Part shown: one piece after another, positions 48,455 to 57,996 of the stretch
How positions within the stretch are numbered: position 1 is the first letter of the stretch
Layout of the letters: each line of letters starts with the position of its first letter
Source: an uncultured virus (IMG/VR IMGVR_UViG_3300008266_011401)
Lineage: Duplodnaviria > Heunggongvirae > Uroviricota > Caudoviricetes
Direction: 5' to 3' (one strand)
Virus record (IMG/VR): IMGVR_UViG_3300008266_011401
DNA: 64,000 bases
The notes under the pieces: model-generated
What the model saw: only the letters and a program-made list of their open reading frames with translations
Database searches by the model: none
Told to the model about the DNA's origin: nothing
Translations under genes and position numbers: made by a program

Positions 48455-49041
48455 AATGCGTAGGTATAGATGTGTTTTGGTTTGGTTTTTATTACCTGTA
48501 CGCCTGGGTCACCACGTTTGTATCTGTTATTGATTTCCACCCCGTATGGTCTATCCACCATAGTAAGTGTGCGAACGTGGAACGATTTTCCATCTACCAT
48601 TAATGTAGTTCCTGGCGCAGTCATACCTTCGTATTTAAAGTTTGCTGCTTTATAAATAATACCTTTGTGTCCTTGCTGTTCGTCTGCATAGCTGACTACG
48701 AATTTCCACTCACTATTTTTTCGTAACCATTTTAATGTCCTACCTACAAAAAAACTTTCAGCGTTCTTTGGCGTGTCATCAATTAAACATAATCTACGAA
48801 GTTCTAAACATTTGTCAGGATCGGTGGGATAATATTTCTGTGCCGCAGAAGCACCTGCTGGACGGGTATAAACGCAAACACCCACCAATTCTGGCAGGAA
48901 TGTTCCTTCACGAAATAATCCAAATGTTTCTTTTTCTTGTATATTCACATAATCTGAATAATGCCAACGACGAAGAAAATTTCTAACTGTTTCCGAAAAA
49001 CTGATATGCTCTACAAAATAGTTTTCTAATGCCATAATCAC
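48451..49041 (-). CDS. Mom-family (GNAT-fold) DNA modification protein
   Basis: WHY, LELRRL, PKNAES.F, VSYAD..QGH.G.IYKAANF.Y.G. Confidence 0.8.
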   Translation of the reverse strand: MIMALENYFVEHISFSETVRNFLRRWHYSDYVNIQEKETFGLFREGTFLPELVGVCVYTRPAGASAAQKYYPTDPDKCLELRRLCLIDDTPKNAESFFVGRTLKWLRKNSEWKFVVSYADEQQGHKGIIYKAANFKYEGMTAPGTTLMVDGKSFHVRTLTMVDRPYGVEINNRYKRGDPGVQVIKTKPKHIYTYAL

Positions 49042-49048
49042 CTCATAG

Positions 49049-49165
49049 TGGCGGTGGGGGATTCGAACCCCACATAGGTTTCCCTAAGTCCTTGGCTAGC
49101 GTAGTAAAAGATATAACGAGTAGCGAGCCCAATTTACTACCGTCGTCCCGACCGACTGCACCGCC
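49049..49165 (-). ncRNA. tRNA-like RNA, 117 nt, with extended anticodon and variable arms
   Basis: Acceptor GGCGGTG/CACCGCC, D-arm GTCG/CGAC, T-loop GGGG-TTCGAAT-CCCC. Confidence 0.65.
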
Positions 49166-49171
49166 TGTATT

Positions 49172-50272
49172 TTAAAAGTCTCCCAATTCTCTAATACCGA
49201 CTCCCACTGGGAAGATGGGTATACCATCTCTGGATAATTCTTGATACCTCACAGTCACATATAGACCAATCAGTTTAGAGCGGTTCTTGTAAAGTTCTCT
49301 ACGATTTTCTTGTGATCCCTCCGGACGGCAATTAAAATGCTGTCCATCATCGGTTTCGAGAATAAATATGGCGAGATTCTTATCGCTTCCATCACCGTCA
49401 ATAATATCAACAATACGATATTCAGCATCAATAAAATCCTTTAATTTAAGTAGTGAATATGACCGTTTTCCAATTTCATACTGCATATCTGGATTTCGAA
49501 TCATCGTTCCTTCAAACCCATCACGAGTGAATGACTTATGCCAGACCAACACATCCGCCTCATTGAAAGCTTCCCACGTAGGAACACGAACAACGTTGGG
49601 GGGAGCATCGTGGAGAATATCGTGAATAATCTGCTGACGTTTCGCATAAGGAAGTTCACTATCCACAATATCATATACGTGATATAAAAGATTTGGTGAC
49701 AATTCTGGACGATATTTCTTGATTGCCGTCATACTCTCCTGCAACAGTACGTTGTTCGGCAACATCAGCTCACCATCAAGAATAAACCCGCCTGCATCAA
49801 ACTTCAAGTGCTGAATCACTTCGGGAATCACTTCCTTGTTTCCCCGACTCCAGCCGTTCTCACCATCGAACAGCATTCGCATCCCGTTCAACTTGGGCTG
49901 AACGTAAACAGGAAACTCCACCTTTCCCTTGTGGTCGGAGAACTTATGGGCGAGCATCGGCATTGGACGAACATCTTTCCGTTCACCCTTTGCACGGAAT
50001 CCCTTGTCACGTTGCTTCTTGATAACGGCATCATACTCAAAGTCTGCCTGCTCTTGGGAATTTCGTTCATTTGCACGACCAACGTTCGTGGGAGCAGCAA
50101 AGTATGGTTCGGAGGTCTGACGTTTCGTTTCACGACCAGTCTTACTAATCTGGTACCATTCAGTCTGCGTGTAATAGTCTGCACCGTCCTTGACGATGTG
50201 TAAACGCCAGAACTTTTCACCACCATTCTTGTTTTCGGAAATTAACCATTCACTTGACTTGACGATTTTCAT
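49172..50272 (-). CDS. ATP-dependent DNA ligase
   Basis: QPKLNGMR (motif I), LDGEL, YD, EGTMIR, RS..LLKLK, P.FP. Confidence 0.93.
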   Translation of the reverse strand: MKIVKSSEWLISENKNGGEKFWRLHIVKDGADYYTQTEWYQISKTGRETKRQTSEPYFAAPTNVGRANERNSQEQADFEYDAVIKKQRDKGFRAKGERKDVRPMPMLAHKFSDHKGKVEFPVYVQPKLNGMRMLFDGENGWSRGNKEVIPEVIQHLKFDAGGFILDGELMLPNNVLLQESMTAIKKYRPELSPNLLYHVYDIVDSELPYAKRQQIIHDILHDAPPNVVRVPTWEAFNEADVLVWHKSFTRDGFEGTMIRNPDMQYEIGKRSYSLLKLKDFIDAEYRIVDIIDGDGSDKNLAIFILETDDGQHFNCRPEGSQENRRELYKNRSKLIGLYVTVRYQELSRDGIPIFPVGVGIRELGDF

Positions 50273-50352
50273 TTGATAACCCTGTCGAGGATGAACATAA
50301 TGATTAAAGAAATCAGAAACAACTTTGCACCGAATAACCAGTCCCATGTCAT
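50269..50352 (-). CDS. Small membrane peptide (27 aa)
   Basis: MTWDWLFGAKLFLISLIIMFILDRVIK; ATGA-coupled on both sides. Confidence 0.4.
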   Translation of the reverse strand: MTWDWLFGAKLFLISLIIMFILDRVIK

Positions 50353-50471
50353 GAAATATCCCTCTCCGAATCCATCTTCATAATAGCATAACTGATATGG
50401 GCATATATTGCACTAATCAACACGAAGATTGCGAACAATCCCACAATGATAACACTGGTTTTGAATAGCAT
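50349..50471 (-). CDS. Small membrane peptide (40 aa)
   Basis: MLFKTSVIIVGLFAIFVLISAIY...; GGAG RBS directly behind a promoter. Confidence 0.45.
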   Translation of the reverse strand: MLFKTSVIIVGLFAIFVLISAIYAHISYAIMKMDSERDIS

Positions 50472-50490
50472 GTTAATCTCCAAGGAATAG

Positions 50491-50530
50491 GGGATGTATG
50501 AAATATATCACACATCCCACAAAATGTCAA
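50491..50530 (-). promoter_or_regulatory. Sigma70-type promoter with IR around -10
   Basis: TTGACA-17 nt-TATATT; GGGATGT(50491-50497)/ACATCCC(50512-50518). Confidence 0.78.
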
Positions 50531-50545
50531 GTCCTTTATTAAATA

Positions 50546-51808
50546 CTATTTAAGAACTTCTAACTTAGGTTTAGTATTTTCTAATTTATAAGTACCCAAA
50601 ATTTCTTCACCCAAACTAATATCTTTTAATGCTTTTCCTGTGTTGGAATCCACGTTACCATTTTCTTCTGCGGTGTTCATATACACATAGGGATTAGCTA
50701 AGTTAAAACAACCGTCTTTATGTAACTTGAACCAATAGAAATTTTCTTTGGTATTTTCATACGATTTCAGAATAATATTCTGCACGTATGTTGGCAATGC
50801 ATTAAATTCTTTTGGGGTTACACCATATGTACCACTTTCACCCGTCCATTTTGGAAATACTTCTTCACCTTTTTTAATATCACAGAGAGCAAACGTCCCG
50901 ATACCATGAATTGGACTTGGCGCTGTATCGGTTTTGATACAGTCTCGTACATACTCGTATGCTGTCTTTTTCACTTCATTTACATTGACAAACGTATCGG
51001 TGTGATTGTGATTATACTGGGTGTTAGTTACGATAACAGTATTGGACACCAATTTTTGATCTTTGGGATCAACCAAGTTTAATTTGATAGCGTGTCTGTC
51101 CTCACCGATTTCCGTATTATTTCCTACTTCCATTCCATTAAAATAATGCCGCTGCCAATCCTTGTTATGCTTTCCAGCTTTTTTATCTGCACTGAATTGC
51201 ATACGTGAATTATTATACGTATGAAATTTTTCATACAACTCAGGATTTTCATCCAAATGTTTGATTTCAAAATCAAACGTTTCCGCATAATTGTGTGGAA
51301 TTGGTTGAATGAAACAGATGGGGTCACCCTTTTTAAACTTTACAATTTTATTTATTTCTGTAACACGCCAGTTCATTGTAAATGTGTAGTTTAACCAATC
51401 TGTTTCAACTACACCCTCCAAAGGATGTGCCCCATCAATAAAGAAATTCGGTGCACCACGAACCAACATATTAACTTTTTCGTTTGTTTTAACTAAGAAA
51501 TCAAATTCAAACGTGATAACTCCGCCAACAAAATGACACTTCACCCACTGATTTGATACGTTATATTCTGGGTCCAACCAAAAGTGCATAGAACGTTTGT
51601 CTTGTCCACCAAACCAAACAGCACTGATGTCACACGGACATTCAATAACCCATCCGTTTTGATTTGCGATAGTCATTGGAAGGCATCGGTACATATGCTT
51701 ATACTCGTCCATCCACGTTCTTTTTGGTGATGCAGAACGAACGTTCCACCCAGGGATTAACTTATTTCTTTGATTTCTATAAAACGTAATCTTGTTTGGT
51801 CGTTCCAT
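50546..51808 (-). CDS. DUF6065-like domain fused to a SET domain
   Basis: RCLPMTIANQNGW...GVVETDW..FTMNW; C-terminal SPIHGIGTFA..DIKKGE...YMN...ALKDI..GEEI...Y. Confidence 0.7.
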   Translation of the reverse strand: MERPNKITFYRNQRNKLIPGWNVRSASPKRTWMDEYKHMYRCLPMTIANQNGWVIECPCDISAVWFGGQDKRSMHFWLDPEYNVSNQWVKCHFVGGVITFEFDFLVKTNEKVNMLVRGAPNFFIDGAHPLEGVVETDWLNYTFTMNWRVTEINKIVKFKKGDPICFIQPIPHNYAETFDFEIKHLDENPELYEKFHTYNNSRMQFSADKKAGKHNKDWQRHYFNGMEVGNNTEIGEDRHAIKLNLVDPKDQKLVSNTVIVTNTQYNHNHTDTFVNVNEVKKTAYEYVRDCIKTDTAPSPIHGIGTFALCDIKKGEEVFPKWTGESGTYGVTPKEFNALPTYVQNIILKSYENTKENFYWFKLHKDGCFNLANPYVYMNTAEENGNVDSNTGKALKDISLGEEILGTYKLENTKPKLEVLK

Positions 51809-51817
51809 AATAACCTC

Positions 51818-54340
51818 TTAGAATGAAAAGAATTCATCTGCTTTTTGATTGACATCAGTAGGAAGAAGTCCCCATCCTAATGCACTGTAAAAATCTTCTA
51901 GTTTTGTTTTTAATTCGTTCACAAACAATGCCTCGTAATCAATATACTGCGAAGCGATATCCGTAATTTCCTTCGGGTCATTGTATCCCTTTACGGCAAT
52001 GGTTTCTAGATTCCACGGATTTGTTTTGAGATACACATACTTAATCTTTTCACCGTCTGAAATTTTTTCATACTTGTTTTGTATGTTAAAATGACGCAAC
52101 ATTCGGTTGTATGTAATACACGCCTTTACGTGTGCGGGAGTTCCCTTCTTAAACTCACCCAATTGTTTACCAGCACCCTTTTCATATTCTGAGATGTTTT
52201 TAACAGATGTGTTTCTAGCAACGTTGATATAGTTCTCATTATCCAACGCGACACGAAAATCTAATACTTTTTTATCCATATCACCCTTGGTGATGCCACC
52301 TAGTACGTCCTTCAATACCCCATTCATAAACGTACGGAATGCCGGCGGAAATGTTGACCGTACTACATCCAATCCCTTAATCTTGATTTTATTATCAACA
52401 TCTAGGTTAGATTCCAAATCATACACCGCGTTCATAGCGTATCGCTTCTTAGCAATCCACACACCCTTACTGGCGACAGACTCACCCTTAATATAGAACC
52501 TGTGCTTATCACAGAAAAACAATTCCTTCGACATTACGTTATAGTAGTCGTTCAACTTGTTTTCCACCGCACGAGCCAATTTAATAGTAAAGTCCTTTGG
52601 TTCTGCGTTTTCTGGTAGTAGTGCTTTGGATGAAAAGTATAACGAGTCGGTATCAATATAGATACAATAATCCTTATCGTCTTTCAGTCTGTCGTTATAC
52701 AAATTATTTGCAAACTCTGCACTATTCTTAATAACATCTTGGCCCGTTGCTGTAACGGCCAATGCGTTGTCAATGTCAAAGAAACGGAAGATAGGAAGTC
52801 CAAGAACACCATACAAGGAATTCAAGAAAATCTTCTGAATGTGTTGACGACGATCGTAATAGTCTGCCAACTCTGCGTTACCTTCGTTCTTATACTTCTT
52901 CATCAAATTCTTATATTCTACTCGTTCTGCGAACCAACGGTCAAGTACTTCTGGAATAATACCCGTCTTGTTAGCATCATACAATACACCATTAGAACTG
53001 ATGTACATATTTGCCGTGTTCATAAACTTAATAAAGTTTTCACGAGGCAAACGAGTAATCGCGTCCGTGTCCTTATCACGTACCAGATAGATATCAATTT
53101 CACCCTTACGGTGCTTCTCAACGTCCCAATTCGTCACAAACCCGCGTTTAGTCTCTGGACTAATATTGAGACTCATAATGATACTTGGGTATAGTGATTG
53201 CAAGTCGAGTGAATAAATCCAATCGTACAAACCTGGTACAGGAGGTTTCACGTATGCACCAGAGAATCCTTCATCATTATTCTCTACACGGTCATTCATC
53301 AACTGCCGACCATCGGCAGGCTTGTTGCTTACCACCAATCCCTTGCGGTGTAGATAGGTAATGATTGTTCCTTCGAGGAACTTGGAGCTGTAACAATAAT
53401 CTTCGTATTGTACATGACCAACGTGACAAATACCACGAACCAACTCAATCAACTTCATTTTCTTGTCAATTTCCACGATGATACGTACGTCTTGCACGTT
53501 ATAATCAATAAACTTATCAAGGTCATTTTCAAACAGGTCATCAAGTGACCCTTCGTATTCTACCTTACCCATACCAACTTCAATACGACCAATCGTATCC
53601 AGACGGTAGTTTTGCTGTTGTCCGTAGGTGAACTTCTTATAAAGGTCAAGATAATCCAGTGATGTCACACCGGCAATCATCCACTTCTTTCGAAACTTGG
53701 AATACTTCAACTTTCCAATAGGGGACAGTCGGTTTGCAATACCGTTTCCACACTGTTGCTTTAACCGATTGTAAAGATAAGGTACGTCAAAATAATCACT
53801 ATTCCATCCCGTAATAATAGTGGGACCGATAGCTTCATATACATCAATGAACTTGTAAAGTAAGTCTAGTTCGTTATCAAAGAAGTACGTGTCAATATCA
53901 CCCTTCTTATAGTTTTGTCTAGACCCTGTTTTGTCTAGTACCAATACCGTATATTCCTTCGTGACATTATCATAAAGGGTAACGGCGGTAACTTCATTGT
54001 TCGGGTTTTCAATATTCGGAATACCATTTTCCATTGACACCTCAATGTCAAAGAAAATAACTTTGTGACCCTTTGATGGTTCGTCACTATCCAAATATAA
54101 ATCTGTGATTACACGAGTTTCACGGGGAATATCACTTTCAAATAAGGTTGGGTCATCCCACTTATACATCTTGGTTTTACTAACACGAACACCTGTCATA
54201 CTCAACTTAGACCCATTACGGTCAGCCTTATATGCATAATCAAACTGTGAAAACGGCAACGTGGTATAGCCTTCCTGGTCATCCCAGAGATGTACTATAC
54301 CACGACCTTCACCATCTTCAATAAAAATATTCTGATACAT
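51818..54340 (-). CDS. Family B DNA polymerase
   Basis: FDIE, GWN...FD, DLQSLYPS, K..LNSLYG, YIDTDS, KKRY. Confidence 0.98.
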   Translation of the reverse strand: MYQNIFIEDGEGRGIVHLWDDQEGYTTLPFSQFDYAYKADRNGSKLSMTGVRVSKTKMYKWDDPTLFESDIPRETRVITDLYLDSDEPSKGHKVIFFDIEVSMENGIPNIENPNNEVTAVTLYDNVTKEYTVLVLDKTGSRQNYKKGDIDTYFFDNELDLLYKFIDVYEAIGPTIITGWNSDYFDVPYLYNRLKQQCGNGIANRLSPIGKLKYSKFRKKWMIAGVTSLDYLDLYKKFTYGQQQNYRLDTIGRIEVGMGKVEYEGSLDDLFENDLDKFIDYNVQDVRIIVEIDKKMKLIELVRGICHVGHVQYEDYCYSSKFLEGTIITYLHRKGLVVSNKPADGRQLMNDRVENNDEGFSGAYVKPPVPGLYDWIYSLDLQSLYPSIIMSLNISPETKRGFVTNWDVEKHRKGEIDIYLVRDKDTDAITRLPRENFIKFMNTANMYISSNGVLYDANKTGIIPEVLDRWFAERVEYKNLMKKYKNEGNAELADYYDRRQHIQKIFLNSLYGVLGLPIFRFFDIDNALAVTATGQDVIKNSAEFANNLYNDRLKDDKDYCIYIDTDSLYFSSKALLPENAEPKDFTIKLARAVENKLNDYYNVMSKELFFCDKHRFYIKGESVASKGVWIAKKRYAMNAVYDLESNLDVDNKIKIKGLDVVRSTFPPAFRTFMNGVLKDVLGGITKGDMDKKVLDFRVALDNENYINVARNTSVKNISEYEKGAGKQLGEFKKGTPAHVKACITYNRMLRHFNIQNKYEKISDGEKIKYVYLKTNPWNLETIAVKGYNDPKEITDIASQYIDYEALFVNELKTKLEDFYSALGWGLLPTDVNQKADEFFSF

Positions 54341-54377
54341 TAACGAGTTCTCCTTGATAGTCTCTCTTAATATATCC

Positions 54378-54596
54378 TTAGTCGGCGTCTTTGTCAACTC
54401 CGAATTTTATCCATCTATACCAAACTCTCTCGTGAATATAATATTGTATTGGTTTCCACAATAATTCTGCTATACCAAACGCAGCACCAACTTTTATAGA
54501 TCCACTAACAACCCATATAGTAAAAAATCCAATAGTAGTACTAAGAATTCTATAACTTATTGTTTTTGCTATATGTCGTTTTGGGTGAATCATCAT
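54378..54596 (-). CDS. DUF2061 membrane protein
   Basis: RHIAKTISYR...YYIHERVW. Confidence 0.8.
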   Translation of the reverse strand: MMIHPKRHIAKTISYRILSTTIGFFTIWVVSGSIKVGAAFGIAELLWKPIQYYIHERVWYRWIKFGVDKDAD

Positions 54597-55321
54597 ATCA
54601 CATCCTTGTATATAGAACAATATTTGTTCCAGTTTTTATTAAATTCATCTATATTTGTTATTTTAGCTACTAAATTATTATCTATCGTTTTTTGAACTAC
54701 TTTGGAATAATTATCTAATTCTGGTAAATCTAAATATTTTAACAATTTTTCTGGATCGTTTACATAATCTTCAATATAAAACACATAATCCGTTAATTGT
54801 TTTATTCTGTGTAATCTGCACAACCACTCAAACCACATAGTAAACATATCTTCGGAAACATATATGCCCGACATCATCTGTCTTTTTTGGTGTATGATAT
54901 GTGGATCTCCGTGAAATGTTTTTGTGTACATAGACAAAATAAAACTTAAAAATTGTTGTCGCAAATCTCGTCTTAGTAGGGTTATAGTCTTGTATCTTTG
55001 GTTTTTTATAAATTTATTTATTATGTTATACGACTTACCAACTTTTAAATTAATTATTGGGAGTGGTGTAGTGTCAATTATCTGCTCATACAGTACATAC
55101 GGACTGATTTGTTCATATACCGAATTTTCTCTATGTAATATATTTTCTACACCAGCTTTATATTCAAATATTTCTATACTTTTTTGAAAAATTTCAGGAG
55201 TAGTATTTAATAAATTATCAGCATATTGTTTGTATTCCGGATACTTTATACTCAAACTTTCTAATATCCACGAATGTATTGCAACACTGCTTGCCCTTGG
55301 TAAGCTTATAATGCAGAACAT
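54593..55321 (-). CDS. Sulfotransferase-like protein
   Basis: SLPRASS, L.RRD...Q.LS, Y.ED. Confidence 0.55.
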   Translation of the reverse strand: MFCIISLPRASSVAIHSWILESLSIKYPEYKQYADNLLNTTPEIFQKSIEIFEYKAGVENILHRENSVYEQISPYVLYEQIIDTTPLPIINLKVGKSYNIINKFIKNQRYKTITLLRRDLRQQFLSFILSMYTKTFHGDPHIIHQKRQMMSGIYVSEDMFTMWFEWLCRLHRIKQLTDYVFYIEDYVNDPEKLLKYLDLPELDNYSKVVQKTIDNNLVAKITNIDEFNKNWNKYCSIYKDVI

Positions 55322-55432
55322 TATAATTGCAGTTGTTTAGGAATATTTATTGCGGAAATAATTTCAATTTTATCATCTAATTTAACATGTACCATTATAA
55401 AATATCCTTATGTCGCTTTGGATGAACCATAA

Positions 55433-56095
55433 TTAATCAGTTAAATAATTTAATGGGTAATTAAATGTAATAAAATCTTCGTGGAACAAATGCTCCGCCA
55501 ACTCAATAAATTCAGGGTCAGTAAAGTCTAGGTTATTCAAAGGATCGGTTTCTATCAAGTCCAATGCTTCAAGTTTACTGATGTCATATGTAAAATTATT
55601 TGTTATCCAGTTATTAAATTCAGATATGTTTTCATATTTAAACACAGTGATTTCCGAACTGCTTGCCCAGAACTTTTGTGTTTTAAAGAATGCACCAATA
55701 AACCATTCAGATTGCGTATTAAATATTTCACTTAATGTGTTTCCTTTTGGTTGACAATTTCTATTGAAATTTTCATAGAAAAAAGTAACCATATTGTGAA
55801 TAGTATCATGTGGAAGCACAAAAGAAATTCGCGGGTCTGTTGCTTTACGTTCAAACATATAACGTAAAGAAGAAATAAATCTATCAACAGGATTTCTAAC
55901 TACTGTGAAGTACTTAACAGAACTATCATTGACTGTTGATAATATACTGTATGATGAATGACCCAGTGGATAAAATTTATTAGCTTTCAATTCACTTGCA
56001 AATGATTCATCAAATAAACTGTTATATGCTTTCGTACCAGTTCGTGGTATTTTTACATAGCACCACTGGTTACCGTTCGTATCATTTATAATCAT
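55433..56095 (-). CDS. Sulfotransferase family 2 protein
   Basis: KIPRTGT, VRNPVDRFIS, KYEN, D...FNY. Confidence 0.8.
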   Translation of the reverse strand: MIINDTNGNQWCYVKIPRTGTKAYNSLFDESFASELKANKFYPLGHSSYSILSTVNDSSVKYFTVVRNPVDRFISSLRYMFERKATDPRISFVLPHDTIHNMVTFFYENFNRNCQPKGNTLSEIFNTQSEWFIGAFFKTQKFWASSSEITVFKYENISEFNNWITNNFTYDISKLEALDLIETDPLNNLDFTDPEFIELAEHLFHEDFITFNYPLNYLTD

Positions 56096-56448
56096 ATTCC
56101 GAGTTCCTTACGAATTTGGGTTGCACTAATTGATTCAATTTCATCATCCAACTTAATTTGTTCGACTTTATAACCAACATCACGACCATAGTATACACCA
56201 GAAATATTTGGCAATTGCCAAATGGTATACTTACCTGCGTAATCTTGTTCTAAATCTTCGTGGATTCTAGAAATAACATCTTCGATTGGCAATGGGTCTT
56301 TTTCGGTTGTTCCGTGAGTATCACGAACGCCGATACATACTTGTCCGGCAATAGACAAAATCTTTTCAAATAGAGCACGATGACCTCTGTGCCAGGGTTG
56401 ATATCTTCCCACCATAAGTCCAGTGGGTGCTTTGGGGTTAAACTGCAT
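56092..56448 (-). CDS. HxGH nucleotidyltransferase (NadM/cytidylyltransferase-like)
   Basis: GRYQPWHRGH, ISATQIR; GAGGTG RBS. Confidence 0.85.
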   Translation of the reverse strand: MQFNPKAPTGLMVGRYQPWHRGHRALFEKILSIAGQVCIGVRDTHGTTEKDPLPIEDVISRIHEDLEQDYAGKYTIWQLPNISGVYYGRDVGYKVEQIKLDDEIESISATQIRKELGI

Positions 56449-57100
56449 GTTCACCTCTGTGTTTTTTCTTTAAGGTTTCACTAATTTTTCTTTTCGTTTC
56501 TTCCGATACATGTTTTGTTTTTCGTTGCCCACTTTTCCATGCATCTTTTTGTTTTTTTCGCATCATTTCTTTATTTTTTGGATTGCTCCAAAATTCTTTA
56601 ATTTTTTCTGATCGTTTTTGTATGGTTTCATCACTCTGTTTTTTTCCAGTTAAACTATCAGATATTTTATTTTTCCAATCTTCGGTTCTTCGTAAATTTG
56701 CTTCTTTTATTTTTTCACGAGTTTCCAGTGAATGTTTGTAATTTTTACTCAATCTACTTTTAGTCACTTTTTCAATATGCTCTTTTGTTTTGTATTTCAT
56801 AGCATATGTTAGATTACCAGTTCCAAAACACCCTTCATTCAGCCAATTTGTGTTATGTATTAAATTACATTTCTTTATTAATTTTTGTTCCCACGCAAAT
56901 GCTTCTTCTGGGGTATCAAATAGTTTTCTAACCTCTGCTATAAAACTATCCTTACCATATGATTTTATTAAATCTTTTACTATTTTAGAACTTGAAAAAT
57001 AAGTAATCCATAAATTTTCTGGATGTGAGTTTTTACCGTATTTTACACCATAGTATCGTTTTCCAGTGGGTATGTGAGTTAATAAATAAGTATAAGCCAT
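56438..57100 (-). mobile_element. GIY-YIG-like homing endonuclease with NUMOD3 repeats
   Basis: YTY...YYG, YFSSS, E, N; HS.ETREKI, SDETIQK, SEETKRKIS repeats. Confidence 0.85.
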
Positions 57101-57175
57101 GTGTATCTCCAAAAATACCATATACTTATACTTATCATTAAGCCTCTCAAAAACACCGATTTTTACAAAAAATCA

Positions 57176-57613
57176 TTAACACTGTTGATGCTTTAGAATT
57201 AAATTGCATATTCTCTGTGCCTCTTCCTCTACGGGATTAAATTGTGTAATACGATCGTTATATTCGTTATCAGTAGGTACTTGCCACACTTTGTTAGTAT
57301 CTTCAAACCGACCCTCTGTAATAGTGTCCATCCATACTGCAAAGTGTGGTTCGTAGATAGCACGGAGTTCTGCGGTTGGGGCCACGAAATCAGATACTAC
57401 ATATTGCACCCGACCCTCTTCCAAAATATTATCGGACATGGTTCTCATACGAAGTGCTTGTCGTGCTCGTCCGGCGGGACTAAAATCCCAATCTTCAAAT
57501 GCTTTACGGATGGCGTCTGCGTTTAGATGACCTGCGTTTGGAAGTAACTTAACCAACTCTTGTGCTAATGTAGTTTTTCCAGAACCAGGTAAACCAAATA
57601 GTAAAATTCTCAT
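57176..57613 (-). CDS. cysC: Adenylylsulfate (APS) kinase-like protein
   Basis: GLPGSGKTT, NADAIR, DFS..GR..Q..R, FVAP. Confidence 0.75.
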   Translation of the reverse strand: MRILLFGLPGSGKTTLAQELVKLLPNAGHLNADAIRKAFEDWDFSPAGRARQALRMRTMSDNILEEGRVQYVVSDFVAPTAELRAIYEPHFAVWMDTITEGRFEDTNKVWQVPTDNEYNDRITQFNPVEEEAQRICNLILKHQQC

Positions 57614-57996
57614 GACCCCTCATCTAATTTAATATGTTTCTTTATTTTTGATTGAACAATTTTCGGATTATTTCTAATGTCATTTTCCCATAAACATAAA
57701 AATTTAAATCCCATCTGCTCAAATTTTTTCTTTCGTTCATTATCACGTTGCCAAATTTCTTCGGCTGTCTTTTTCTTACCTTTATTAAAATAGGAAGAAG
57801 TATATTGCTGCGGGTTACAGTGCCAAAAGTCACCATAACATTCCACGATATATTTTTTATTTACCAAAAAATCAACGGTGTATCTATCCACCGAAACTTG
57901 TTCTTCAAAAGGAAGATTAAGTCTTGTTAATATTGTAGAAACCGTTTGTTCAATTTTATTACTTGTACACTTAGTTTCTTTTTTCTTACGACTCAT
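57610..57996 (-). CDS. Vsr/DUF559-like endonuclease
   Basis: E, VDF, ECYGDFWH, D..R, G...L.LWE. Confidence 0.8.
   Translation of the reverse strand: MSRKKKETKCTSNKIEQTVSTILTRLNLPFEEQVSVDRYTVDFLVNKKYIVECYGDFWHCNPQQYTSSYFNKGKKKTAEEIWQRDNERKKKFEQMGFKFLCLWENDIRNNPKIVQSKIKKHIKLDEGS

Noticed and set aside
49049..49165. tmRNA or tRNA-Sec
   Set aside because: Too short for tmRNA and no G3-U70 pair; no TCA anticodon or 8/5 fold.
56438..57175. Group I intron around the homing endonuclease
   Set aside because: Only about 75 nt of non-coding flank and no visible P/Q/R/S core; the downstream gene has its own RBS.
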